A DNA stretch of 63,611 nt, counting the filler, from Reticulomyxa filosa (taxonomy: Eukaryota > Protista > Foraminifera), in the NCBI GenBank assembly GCA_000512085.1. It is 12 parts of 12 records of this genome, joined end to end, with 100 filler letters (N's around TTAATTAATTAA, not from the genome) between each part and the next. Parts side by side here need not be neighbours in the genome. Positions count along the whole stretch, not along the records: positions 17,183 to 35,073 come from ASPP01008933.1; positions 35,174 to 36,865 come from ASPP01023250.1; positions 36,966 to 41,447 come from ASPP01037593.1; 9 more parts are not named here. One strand, written 5' to 3'. Below are positions 24,861 through 37,989 of the stretch, piece after piece. Numbering within the stretch: the first letter of the stretch is position 1; each line of letters opens with the position of its first letter. Under the pieces are notes generated by a model that made no database searches, was not told the DNA's origin, and saw only the letters and a list, made by a program, of their open reading frames with translations. A program made the position numbers and the translations under genes.

Positions 24861-26884
24861 CTTTGCCAAACAAGGGATTGACACGTGACATTGGCATATC
24901 AGATAAAGAGAAATAGAAATAAAGTATATTCATATACATTATTTAACATCAAATATCAATGATTATTTTCAAAACAATGATAACAAATATCCACTGAATA
25001 TAGACTGTGTTTAATGTAAATAAATCACTTTTTCACTTTCCACAAAATATTCTGGCGCTTTGAGCATCTCGGAGCATATCAAATTTCACAACAAAAACCA
25101 AGTTTATAATTGTGAAAATCCAAGCTCCTTGCATCAATATCATCAAACGCATTGTTTGTCCATGGCCTTTCATTACAATGTAGAGCCAAATATTTCTGTC
25201 CCATTGATACAACAATATTTCTTCAACATGCGCTTTCAGTTTGTTGAGACTTTGTTTCTATTGTAACAGCTGTAAAAGTTTTCATATTTGAGACAATGTT
25301 TCAATATCCATGTTTCCAACTAGTGATTTTCTTTTTCGTTTGTAAGCTTTGATGATTTGAGGGCAATTGTTTTTGCAGAAATATGCGTTCTTCATTTTGA
25401 TTGTGCTTCTTCGACTTGGATTGCTCAAACAAAGCAGTAGTATTTATTTGTTCACAATAACCTCACTGCCCGCAGCCTTAGTATATCCCAGTTCTTGTAG
25501 CCTTAAATAGAAACAACAACAAATTAATTTAAATTGTTTAGAAAAAAAGACAACAATAATGAATGCTTAACTTCAATGGCTTTGAGACAGCTTTACTCTT
25601 GATCAATTTTGATAACGCATATATAGGCTTGGTAAAAAACGTGACGAGTCTCCAAGAGATTATTATGTCGCTGTATTCATCCACATTGTCTCTATGGACT
25701 GGTACGCCTTGCTTCTCACGACGGCATATACTCCTTTGATCGGATATGTTGTCATATCGTATCACTTTCATAAAATCAATTGCACCATTTATCGACGTTT
25801 TTATCTACTCTTTCGTTTCTTTTTTCATTATCATCCCTTCAAACATAAAGCAAAACACTTCACAATAAAAGAGTCCACGTTCACATTCTATATTACAGCA
25901 ACTGAAAATATGACATAAACAACATACATTAACACTAACCTTCAAATAAAGTTGCATCATCACTTCTGGTCCATTTCTCTTATTCATATGCTCTTCCACT
26001 CCCCATTTATTGTGCTGGATAACATATCCATTTTCTGCTTGGATTTGAATAATGACAGGATTGCATTCCCAAGGAAAATTGTCAGTTGGATATGCATCCA
26101 CTTGAATATCTCCATCACTCTATTCCACTATTGTTAAAGGTGTATCACACCAACTCCGGTACAACTGTTCTATCTTCTTTGATTGTCTAAACTTATCACA
26201 AATACACGTTTGATATGTAATTGCGATAAATACCAGAGAATATTGGGTTGGGTAACGACACGATTGTGCTGTGTTTTGTGGATAGACATCGATTTAAATC
26301 TTTTCCTTCGTCATTGATTTGAAGGCGATGTATTTGTGACTTGCTTAGGAAAGGCTTCGAAAATCGCTTAGCTTGATTCATATCCACTTGTTCACCAGAC
26401 GTTGCCACGTGCAATTGCGTTCAAATAGTTTTCCAGAATGCCTTTGCCCAATGTACATTTATCCAACGACGATGACATTGACAATTGAAAGCTGTATTAG
26501 AATAAGTTGGTTGGTCACGTTCGCTATTTAATTGCTTGTGGCAATACAAATTTGACGATAAGCAATTTGAGCAGTTATATAGTCGGAGGTGCTTATGTGT
26601 CTGCAAACAGCACCAATACCATTTATTGTAGAGGACAAGATGTTCAATGCTTCCACTGCACCATCCAAACTTTGCAAGGCTCGATGCTTGCACAATAGCC
26701 AAGATAGTCTGCAATTGAATTTAAAGTTGATTATCAAAGTACGCTAGTTGTGGATACGATTGTGAGCGTAAAATTATACGTATTACTGCAGACGATGCTT
26801 CCACAAATTGTTTTTGATATTTACATCTTTCATATCATCAATTTTTCATTTGGAAAAAATCTTTTGTACTGATGTCCTATGTCT

Positions 26885-27750
26885 TGTGGTTCAATATGTG
26901 GCCATAGAAGAAGAGCCAAACAACGACGCATCAATTACCTCGTCCATGTCAATGATACCACGACCACATTAGTTGCGCTTGTACACAAACTGGTTGATAT
27001 TGGTTTTGTGAATTGTGTTGCCACAGTACACAACCCACCATTATTTCGAATAAATCGGTTGTGTGACTACGTGATATTACGTGAAAAAAAAGGAGAATTG
27101 ACAATCACTACTGTCTTTCCAGATATATTTGCAACACATTGTAAAGTTATATTCAGCATTTCCTTTCGATTGCAACATTGAGCACGCGGATTGATTTACC
27201 ATTGCTTGGAGGATTGTTTGTTTGAAACGTGACGACGATTGCCACTTGTGTTTGGTACGACGCTTTGGAGGTCGTATTCAATTGTCAGGATGTATTCGTT
27301 TTTAATGTATCCTTTTCGCAATACGTGGCCCTAGCTTGCTGGTAAATTTTGACATCACACGAATCCGGCTGAAGTACGAGAGTAGATAAGAGTAGACCAT
27401 TTGCATAATGTTCTATACTTGGCACACAAATTGAATGTGATTCCAAAAGTATGACCGACTAATGTTCATACATTCTCAATATGTTTGTACGTACTATAAC
27501 TGCAATTTGCACCAGTGTTGATGTTGGCAGAAAGGTGGAGCAGCAATGAAGCAGCACTTAGATTATACACACATGATCGATTGTGCTTTGATCATCAAAT
27601 CACATGTATTACGAACTTCTTTCCAATGATCCATTTGGAACATCTTCAATACTCCAAATGCATTGATACTCACGTTATACTAAAAGATGAATTCTAACGT
27701 GATTTCGAATTGAAACAGCAAATTCAATTTCCAACAACATGTGATTAAAT
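26885..27750 (-). pseudogene. Degenerate gene relic, copy B
   Basis: Collinear similarity to 23715-24860; no intact ORF. Confidence 0.55.
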
Positions 27751-28939
27751 ACGCGAAAGAACTGCAACGACTCCAAAATTCTGCACCCACCACAAGGCAT
27801 TCTGTTGGCTGTTTGTTATTGTTTCATGTCGGCAATGAAATAATGGAATCGTCCATTCGATGAATATCCTTATTACATTTCCACGACGAATGATACGCGC
27901 TCGAGACTGCCACAGTTGATCGTGCGACATCACGTACCACGTATCACAACGTCGGCAATTATCAATTGAGTATTCGCAATCTCTTACCTTGATATCCGCT
28001 GCGTCTGTTGAATGGCAATCTACGTTGTTACCTGGAGTTTTTGTCACTGCAACATATATTCAACACCTGGAACCACTTGTAATACATCCACGATCTCGTT
28101 TTTACTATCGACACAACAATCCAATGTATACAATCCGAAAACACAGCACACTTCAAGACTGCTTTATCTTCACTGTTGTAGTTAAATGCGTGGAGAGAAA
28201 TTGTATGATGATCTTTTGGGGCGAGAAACGAGATAATGCGGATGGGAGACCAATGCAAGCCAATTCTATTAGTTACACTAAGCTCGATCACGATGGATAA
28301 CTCGAGTTAATGCTGTTTCCACAGCATGATATGGAGCAAGAGAACAGTTAGTCGATGTTGGAGAATACGATAGAAATTGCATTGATGCGGGTCCACACGA
28401 ATGATGCCTTCTGTATATTTGGCTGCGATTTCCGGAATGTGTCGGCTCCTCCATTTGGACGACTACTTTTAATAATATTGAGTTCGGCATTCGCCGGAAC
28501 ATATTTTTTTATTTGGAGCAATGGCTACAAAATAATTATTTCAATTTTTTTTCTTTATCTTTTTTTCTTCAATATATAATTTCTTTTTTTTATCCCCCTT
28601 TTTCAATCATATCTTTTCCCCCCTTTTTATCCTTTTTTTCAACATCTTTTTTTTATCAATTATTATTACATTTCTTTTTCCACCTTTTTACAATTTTTTT
28701 CTTCATATTTTTTAAAATTATACCATTTTTTTCCAATTTTTATTCAATATTTTCAATTTTTTCATCCCCCTTTCAATTTTTTTTAAATAAAATAAAATTT
28801 GACCGGGCCTTGCTTGCATTCTGGTCATTTATGTATACATAACAATATTTTTAATTTTTTTAAAGAATATCAAAACATAAATATATTTACCTAAGTGTGG
28901 AGAACGATATCCATTTATTTTTTCCTATTAAGAAAACAC

Positions 28940-29290
28940 TCAAAACTTTTTTTTATTTAAAAGGGGGGGGAGAAAAAAAATAAAGAAAATTTTTCTTTGT
29001 GCGAGGGAATTCCTATTATCAAACAAAAAAATTATGTTATTTAATAAAAGAAAAAAAAATAAAACATAGAATACCACTATCATTGTTTTCGAATACTGGA
29101 TGTCATTCGACCCCATTTGTTTTTTTTGTGTATGTAGGGGAGGGAAATACATGTAACGGGTTTAGGGGGACTCCTATTATATAAAGACACAACACGTGAC
29201 AATTTTTTTTTAAAAAAACAAAATAAGAAAAACCTTTTTTGCTCCTTTCGGAGACGGGAATGGCTTCAACCCCTTTTTTTTCTTTGATCT
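28940..29290 (+). repeat. Dispersed copy of the hairpin-bearing repeat found at 36966-37340 and 41130-41220
   Basis: aaacctttt...CTCCtttcGGAGacggg (29242-29258) followed by tggcttcaacccc...ttctttg, matching 37299-37327 and 37156-37180. Confidence 0.7.
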
Positions 29291-29689
29291 GGTTTGCTTT
29301 CTATAAAAAAAAAGGTATGTACACATATTTATTTACGTATGTATATACATCTTCAAATAAACATAAAAAAAACAACTTGTAACTGAAGATTTATATGTCG
29401 CTAACCTTGACGACCCGTTGCAATGGTGATAGCGTGATAGAGAGAATGTGGTATAGTTGCAGATTCTCCACAACATCCACAACCTCCACATGTCGCATCC
29501 ATTGCGTGCCTTTCACCACGAGATCTGGCACGACTTTTTGCGCATCTTCTCTGCCGCGCTGTGCAAGTGCGCCTCACCAACTTGAATCTATTGAATTTCG
29601 AGAACCAAACATTATATTTAAGATAATGCGTTTAGATGAAATCATGATTGATAAATTGAAAAAATAATAACTCTTTTTTAAAATTGCCG

Positions 29690-29920
29690 CATCACTCCAC
29701 TCCTGATTGTGTAACTTGTGCAACAACAACTCGAAACTGCGTATTTCTCTTACGCAATGTGCGGATCATTTTGTGTTGGTGGTCCGCCAATACTACACAC
29801 TTTCAATCCATTGAGCACAGTGACAGACATATTGACCCCAATGTGAGAGGCCGGAGGCAATGGCGCGTTGCAGTAGTGCCAATGTGATCTTTGGTGCCAT
29901 TATACTTCCACAGAGACGTT
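29690..29920 (-). pseudogene. Possible DEAD-box (eIF4A-like) helicase relic
   Basis: Frameshifted pieces IMAP..TLALLQRAI / GQY.MSVTV / CSIGG..TQND / IRTLRKRNTQFRVVVA follow the order motif Ia, GG doublet, motif Ib lead-in. Confidence 0.4.
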
Positions 29921-31024
29921 CGGTAGTCTTGTCTATTATGTTTTATGTATGTGGACATATACGTATTAACATTGTTGTCATTTTTATTAAAGTTTTTTAT
30001 CACTTTTATGACTCTTTTTCTTATTTGAAAGAAAGGTATATCAAAAGTAACTGAAGCGTTGACATTTGGTGGGATGGATGATCACTGTTGCTGTGATTGT
30101 GATATTGGTCGTGAAGTTAGAGTGGTGATAGTCGAAATTGTTGGCTGGCGGTAGTGCCAATTGTGTTGACTTAGACAACTGCATAAATTTCATAAAAAGA
30201 TTTGTAATTTTGATTTTAATCAACAAATTTTATCAAAAATTGCTTTTATCACACATTTTATCAAGATATTTATCACTCTTTTTTACGTCAAACAGAAAAA
30301 AAAGGTTTTTTAAAGAAAGATCTGAACGTTTGAATAAGATGTTTATAATGAAAGCTAGCGTCGGGTTATTGCTTTTTACCGTCTGTAACTTTTAAGTTTT
30401 GTTAGGTTTTGGTTTGCAGCGTTCTTACAAGGAAAATACAGTACAAAAGCACCTGAAGTTAAGTTCGAACAGTACCCAACTTTTTTATATTAACATTTTC
30501 ATTGTGAAATAAAAAACAAAAGGGTGGATTTGAAAAAGTCAAAACACGACGCGATGCAGAAAGTAACACCGAATCCACATGCAATAAAAATTCATTTTTA
30601 TTTTATTTTGGCTAGTGAATTTTAATAATGAAAAACGATGACAAAGAGTTGCAATAAATGATTTGGAAAATATTTCAATGTAGATGTTAATGTTGTCAAT
30701 CGCATATTTTTTAAATATTGGCAATTATACAACTAATAATGGAACTGTGATCCTGCTATGATGTTGGCAATTGAACAAGAGTAGCATATTTTTTTTGCTA
30801 CTTCTACGAGCTTATGTATTGGTTGCTTTTGCAACTTTAGGCAATCAATTAACGTGCTAGTACAGACAACACTTACAAAAAACGATAATTAAGAAAAGTT
30901 TGAACGAGTGATACCCTTTTTTTGTTGTCATTATAAATATATAAATTTTTTTTTGATGCGGGCAGTAGTAAACACAATACGTATGCGTAAATTATCTCAT
31001 ACTTAGTGTCTTATTTTTTGTTGT

Positions 31025-31105
31025 AAATGGTAGTGTTTAAGATGAATTCTGGTGTTGACAATAACACCTGCAGATAGTTATTTCGATTTGGTGTAATGAA
31101 AATTT
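31025..31105 (+). repeat. Degenerate direct repeat, copy 2
   Basis: aaatggtagtgtttaagatgaattctggtgttgaca...gtgtaatgaaaattt. Confidence 0.65.
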
Positions 31106-31411
31106 CTTTATTTAAACTTTGTTTAACAAAAAAATGTACTGAATTGTTTATCAATAAATGGAGCACTTGAGAATCTGCAGATAATGTTTAAAAAAATTGA
31201 AAACTGTTGATTTCTTCTAAAGAAGTTGTCAAATTTTATAATAGAAATGAAAAACATGTTTTGTGCCATAAAAGACTGTGTAATTAGATATCCATTGCAT
31301 GCAAAATGCAAATATAGAAGCTTTTGGAAACACGATCGGCAGGTTACGAGAAAAAAAAATTGATGCAACATCTTTGCCATAACCCAACTCCCTTCACTCC
31401 ATTTATATGCA

Positions 31412-34400
31412 ATGTCCGAGAATATATTTAACGAACCAAAATCAACGAATATTTTATCTTTTGAAGATTTGAGTAATCGAGACGCAGCTTCAGAAAAAGA
31501 AGTTCACATACTTGACGCGTCGGAATATCACACCTTTGTAGAAGGTCATGAGGTGTCGGAGGACGAAGAAATGAATATAGCTGACTCTGTAGAGGCACAA
31601 GCGCGAAGTTTTGGAAACAAGGCAAAAACACAACAGTATACATACATACACATATGCACAAATACACAAAAAAAGCAATAAGAGTACTCTATTTTTCAAC
31701 ATTTCAAAACAACAACAGAGGAAATAAAAAACGTGAATGACAGGACCTCGTGGTCGGAGTGTGGCGCGACGATCACTGATTGGGTGCAACAGTGAAGGTA
31801 GCCCTGTGTTGGTCCATGAGCACGGAGGTGCAACGAATGGCAGTGGCAATGGATTAAGAGTGCATCCACTACTTGGTGTTCGCAGTGAATTTTCCAAGGG
31901 CGTTCCAATCAAACAAAAGAAAAGGAATCGAACAATATCTTCGAGTTATACTATACATATATATATATAAGCAGCATTGTTTCTGCTCAGCCAACGTGCA
32001 TTTTTTGTCACGCCATATACTTTTATGCATGTATATGCTATTTGTCGTTTTTTTTTTTTAAGAACACCTCAATGTATACATATGTAAATATATAAAGGCA
32101 CAACTCTTGATACATTAACGTTTTCTCCAAATGGTTCCCAAAAGACTGTGCCAATGCAAGGTTTGAGCTATCAATAACCTTTACACACAATTGTTTCTTC
32201 TAGTCATATAATTTTTTTTTTTTTTTTTTTTGAGAAGAGGGAAATTTCAGGGTCAAAGTGTGTTGAGAGAGACTACATGTACACATAAAAATATAATAAT
32301 TTTTGGGTAGTGTTTAATGCCAACAACAACAACAACAAAAAAACAGAGGCATTAAAAAAAAAAAAAATACCAATTTTAGAAATTGGCACGAATCTACCAT
32401 TAGTCGTGGTAACAGAGACCAGCGATGAAAACCAGTCAATGATATCCGATCCGAGCGGCGCCAGCAGTCGGTGGTCCTTGCTGACGCGTTCGGACAAGAC
32501 GAAAAGTGAGTCATTGATGGACTGGAAGTCATCCAGCGGCGATGCATTGCAACAGCCAAATGACGACCAGCTCGACAAGAGTGATGCAAACGTCGATCGA
32601 AGTAACCACAAATTGCCAACGAATACAGAGACGTCAGCCAATGTCACACTCAATGCGACTCTCCGCACTTCGTCGGCGACAGTGATCACATCCCCAATTA
32701 AATCCATCCCATTTCTAAATGCCATCGACGTGGGCGCAAGGATTCCCACGCCCCATGCCACACAAATAGACCACATCGTCACCAACATTTCTTATGACAT
32801 CTGTCGACCCATCGAACCACCTGGCTCCGCACCGCCTCTTACGTCGCGAGGTACGCCCAATGATAGAGACATTGAGTGTCTGTTAAAGTCGACGGACTGC
32901 AATATCGTAGAGACTCCAATCTTGCTGTTACGTTCATTCATATATATGTACATATACATATATATGTATGTATATATGTATATACATATATATATATGTG
33001 CATGTGGTCATGAACCACATTACAACACATGAAATGACATATCTGTGGATCAGAACAACCAATACAAACGAGTGCGAAAGTGCAAGAGCGCCAGTGATGC
33101 CTTCAAGTGAACAAAACAACTCAAGCGAACAAAAAGAAGGACAAAAAGAAGAACAAAAAAGACCAGTGCGTGGAAACAGTCAAAGTCCAACATTGGCAAT
33201 AGCCGACAACATATCAATGGGCAGCAAAAGTGGCAATGAAAAGAGTCAAACAAAGGAGCAGCCAGAGAGTTCAAAGCGCACACAAGTGGACAACCAGAAG
33301 GAAGAAAAAGAAGAAGAGGAGGAGGAGAAGAAGAAAAAAGAAAACAACAACAACGATGACGACAACAACAACGATGACGACGACAACAACAACGAACACA
33401 AATACCAATCCGAAAAAAACAGTGCGATGGTCATCGAACGTGCTGAGCAATGAGCCGACGACAAAGGACGACATTACGTTGAAACCAAAAAAGACGAGGA
33501 AAAAAAAGTATGGACTAATGAACGAAAAGGAGCTCGAAAATTTCAATTACGACTTTTGGAAAAAGCATTTAATTGTGCAAAGATTCCAAAGTCCACAATT
33601 GGAACAGCGCTTTCAAAAACACTTTTCTCAACAACATGTCAATCTAATTAAAATTTTCATTGTATTGGCATTTCTTGTCAATCTGCTTGCATATCCATTA
33701 TCTGATGTCTACAGTATTCCTACAAAGCAAAATCGACAAGGTTATGTTATATTGTTATATATCAAATCAACAAAAATAATAAATAAATAAATATATAAAC
33801 AATATATACATATATAAAGTGGCATTGATACTACGTGCGGTAGCAAGCATCTATATAGTAACATTTGGACTATTGTTTTGGTGCAAGCAATTGGAACGAT
33901 TACAAGCGCAGGCGATGATGTGCTTCAATGTGTTTTGGCCGGCTATTCATTGACGATAAGTGTGTTAGGGAGAGAGCCGAGTTACGGGATGTTCATCTTG
34001 TTAATGATATGCAGCCACTTGTTTTCGGGGATGGGTCACGTGCGAGCGACGGGCGTGTGCGGCGGGATATCGGTGTCGTTTTGCGCGGTGGTGGCGTGGG
34101 CACTGACCTCGAAGTCGAAAACAGAGTACGTGGTGGACTGGAACGCTTTTACAAGGTCGGTGACATTTCTCGTGGGCACCACCGTATTCTTGGCAGTGAT
34201 GGGCATTGTCCTCGAATTTGGAGTGCGTCGTCAATTTGTAAAAAAGCTAGTATTGGAAGTGCAACAGCAAAAGTCTTGGCAGGCACTGTCGACACTGCTC
34301 CCTCCCAATGTGGCTCGCGCATTGCAACATTCGGGACAACGTGTGGCGTTTCGCAATGTGTACCATCCAAATGCGCCTCAATCACAACGCGCTGGTGTGT

Positions 34401-35073
34401 GTGTGCTGTTTTGTCAGATCTGTGACTTCCATCACTTGGTCGCCACTCTTCGTCCGGCACACTTGGTCCAAGTGCTCAATGATGCCTTCACTTACTGGGA
34501 CCTTTGCACCGAACATTACAAAATCTTCAAGGTCGAAACCATCAATGAAATTTACATGGCTGCCGCGGGTCTACCCCATCCCGAAACTGAACCCACCGAT
34601 TTACCTGCACCCACGCGCATGGCCATGTATGCCAGCAAGCTCATGTACGATAGTGATCATGTTCTTCAAATACATTCCGATGATGTTTTCACTACTGATT
34701 CTGGTATATTTTATATGCATGTGCATACGTATATATATATATATGTATGTATATATATATGTATACGTATATAATCAATAGATAAACCAACTGTTGAAGT
34801 AGATAACAATGACTTGGAACAACCGAATGATGTCATCGAAGTGCAAGGACAGACTGCAAAAAAACAAAGCATTTTGACTTGTCCGAATTGGCCTCTTGGC
34901 GCAATAACAAACACAAAAGAACCAAGAAATTACAAATTCGTATTGGACTAAATATTGGTAGCGTCGTCTCTGGAGTCATTGGCAAAAAATTGCCACGATA
35001 TCGACTTTTGTATGGTGTTAATATCTTCATTTTGATTCACTCTGTTTTTTTTTTTTTTTTTACTATTACTACA
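31412..35073 (+). CDS. Membrane class III nucleotidyl cyclase (guanylyl-cyclase-type residues), 3' truncated
   Basis: Low-complexity N-terminus, a block of TM helices, then LSTLLPPNVARAL, VCVLFCQICDF, LVQVLNDAFTYWD, KVETINEIYMAAAGLP, LQIRIGLNIGSVVSGVIGKKLPRYRL. Confidence 0.85.
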
Positions 35074-35173
35074 NNNNNNNNNNNNNNNNNNNNNNNNNNN
35101 NNNNNNNNNNNNNNNNNTTAATTAATTAANNNNNNNNNNNNNNNNNNNNNNNNNNNNNNNNNNNNNNNNNNNN
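35074..35173. other. Artificial contig linker
   Basis: N44-TTAATTAATTAA-N44. Confidence 0.98.
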
Positions 35174-36865
35174 GATATCACATTTATCGCATTTTTTTCA
35201 TGCCAGGAATTGAAGATCTGATGGGGGGAAGTTTGGTTTCAAGTTTGTTTTTTTTCTTTTTTTTTTTGCGCGTGTGAAAACAAAAAGTTTTTATTTTTTT
35301 TAATAAGATAAAATTATTGATTGCAAAGTTTTTCGTACTGCCTTGGATTGAATAAGGTTTACGTAGACTTCGTATGGACAATAAGGGCACTCAAAACATT
35401 TGGCATCGAGCGATAGTAGTGGTGATCAATGTAAAATTGCTCATTCACGGCAACAGTCACTCAGTTGGAATTTTAATGAATATTCTTGTTTGTCATCACA
35501 ATGGTTGAACTTTTCATTATGTAATCACGTGAAGTCATTACAATTTGTTTAAGACGAATACTCATCTCAATACAGATAATCGTCCTCGGATGAATACATT
35601 TCCTATCGACTTATAACGATTCATCAAAGGTAATATTTTGTAAATATGTTGATAGATGACTTAAACGGAAGTAAAAATATCACATTTAGTTTCATCAACG
35701 TAAACTTCCTAAAATCTAAATTTCCTGGAAAGTTACAAAACGCACAGAAATATTTTAATATCACCGAAACATCAATTAATTCAATTGATGTGTGAAAAAA
35801 AAATTAAAAGCATGTGTTAATCAATTTGTTAAATCGCTTTCATTGTAATGTTGATAAAATTTGCTAAGGTGTAATTTTTTATTGTTGTTGTCATTGCATT
35901 TTAATTGTGCTTGTTTCAATAATTTTTTATTTCCTTTGGTTTTGTTTAGTTCTGATCAATGAAATGACTTTATCAATTAAATAATTGGATTAACACAGTT
36001 TAATTAAATAATGTAAAAAGGAAGAGTTCGGTTTTGAGTTCAATCATAGTGCTATTGTAGAAGCATATATTCATTTGACTTTTCTATATTCTCTTACAAA
36101 ACGACTTGACGAATCGATTGAATATTCTTGAATATTAGAAAAAAGGTGATTGGAAATATTGATTATTCTGTTGGTAAAACAGTTTCTGCTTTGGCATTTT
36201 TGTTTGAAACAAAAATAATTTGAAAGTGCACTTACGTGTTTGGAAGAATTATGGAGAATACAGAGTAAAATGTCAGGAGAGTGGAATAAAGAAACTTTGA
36301 TGTTCAAAGGAAAAAATTAAAGAACTGAGTGCACTTTCCAAAAGTTCATGGTATGTGATTTTTGCTCAATGCACATTTGAATTTCTCAAAAACACAATTT
36401 TTTTTGATTTGTTGTTAAATAAATCAAGAGAATACAAAAATTTAATTTTTTTTTTTGAAATGACAATAAGTTATTTTCATCAGATAGTTTCTTTTTTAAA
36501 ATCCTTGTAGAAACACTTTTTGAAAAAATTTAAAAAAACAACAAAATATATCATTTTTACAATTTTTTTTTGTGATTGAACAAATGAATATTTTTTAATA
36601 ATATTATATAAAAAAATCGAAGTTTTTGTTCACTTATTTTGTTTGATATTGGGATGTCCGAAATGAAGTCTCTCACAAATTTTGAGACCTCTGCACAGAG
36701 AACAAAGTATATCAACGTGTTAGAGGTTCGTAATTTTGAATACAAACGAAGATTTCGATACATTTGCAACTTTTAAGAACGTCAAAATTTTTTACAGTGC
36801 GTTATAAATTATGCAAAGAAGTCAAATAAAATACAATATTGTTTGTCATCTCTGTCAAGTACGTC

Positions 36866-36965
36866 NNNNNNNNNNNNNNNNNNNNNNNNNNNNNNNNNNN
36901 NNNNNNNNNTTAATTAATTAANNNNNNNNNNNNNNNNNNNNNNNNNNNNNNNNNNNNNNNNNNNN
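36866..36965. other. Artificial contig linker
   Basis: N44-TTAATTAATTAA-N44. Confidence 0.98.
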
Positions 36966-37245
36966 TGCTGTGGAGCCAAAAGCTCCAATTCCAATCATCT
37001 ATTTTTTTTCTTTTATAACGGGGAGGGTGGTAAATATAATTTTTTGTTGATGGGGGCATGCCTATTGACAAATATACAATCATTTGATAAAATAAAAAAT
37101 AAAAAAATAAAAAAAATAAAGATACAAACCCTTTAATTTTTTTTTTAATGCGTAGTGGCTTCAACCCCAATTTTTTCTTTGCAGAGGATGGGGACGATGA
37201 TGTATACAGCATTTTTTTTTTGAACATACGGGTTGAGGCTGTTAA

Positions 37246-37989
37246 TGAAAAAATAAACAAATTGATTATGTCAAAAAAAAAATTTATAAATAAATAACAA
37301 ACCTTTGTTACTCCTTGCGGAGACGGGGGGCCTTACCCCATATTCAATATATATATTTTTTCTTTTGCTGAAGGATGCGTTGCGTCCACACACAAAAATT
37401 ATCATTTTTTTATCAAAATGCGAAGTCTGTTAAAAACAAACACAACATTCTTTTAAGTTACAAAGTATTTTAAAGAAAAAGAAAAAAGACATACTATGCT
37501 TAGAGAGAGGGCGAATATCACCCTAATTACGGACTGGTACGAGAATAGAGACAACCAAAGAAAAAAAAAAAGAAAGACCTTTTTCTTAAGTAAGACATAA
37601 ATGCACAACTCATAAATATTTATTTAAAAAGATGAAAATCTGCAATTTTTTGTAATATTTTGACAAAATAAATTGAAAAAAAGAATTGTTAAAATTTTTG
37701 TTTATTATTTCATTTGTGATTCTACATTTGATTCCAAAAACAGATAATTGAACATTAGCAATTTTTTTTTTAAAATAGATGATTACTTTTTTTGATTAAT
37801 GATTTTTCTCTTTCAGAGAAAAAGTTTTCCCTTTTTAGAAAAAGTTCTCTTGAACATTACAAATGTGGTCTGGTTATTCTCTCTTCAAACAGCCTAACAA
37901 GCCAAAAATATACAACATGAAGCTCGCTTTTGAGGATTCCTTCTCCAATGCACTCCTCTGTAAAACTAAAACAATTGCCGAAAAAGAAA
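37246..37989 (+). repeat. Long inverted repeat, left arm
   Basis: Collinear with the reverse complement of 40518-41220 (e.g. ttactccttgcggagacggggg-ccttaccccatattcaat; aatatcaccctaattacg; tgcaattttttgtaatattttgacaaaa; cctttttagaaaaagttctcttg). Confidence 0.92.

Noticed and set aside
25805-26101. NFPWECNPVIIQI resembling the Cys-loop receptor FPxD motif
   Set aside because: Lacks the Asp and flanking pattern, and no TM region follows.
26940-27040. FVYKRN.CGRGIID resembling the non-LTR YxxRxxGGRG motif or ribosomal uS2
   Set aside because: No RT YxDD or other motifs upstream, and the downstream sequence does not fit uS2.
29158-29169. gggtttaggggg, telomere-like
   Set aside because: Single unit, not an array.
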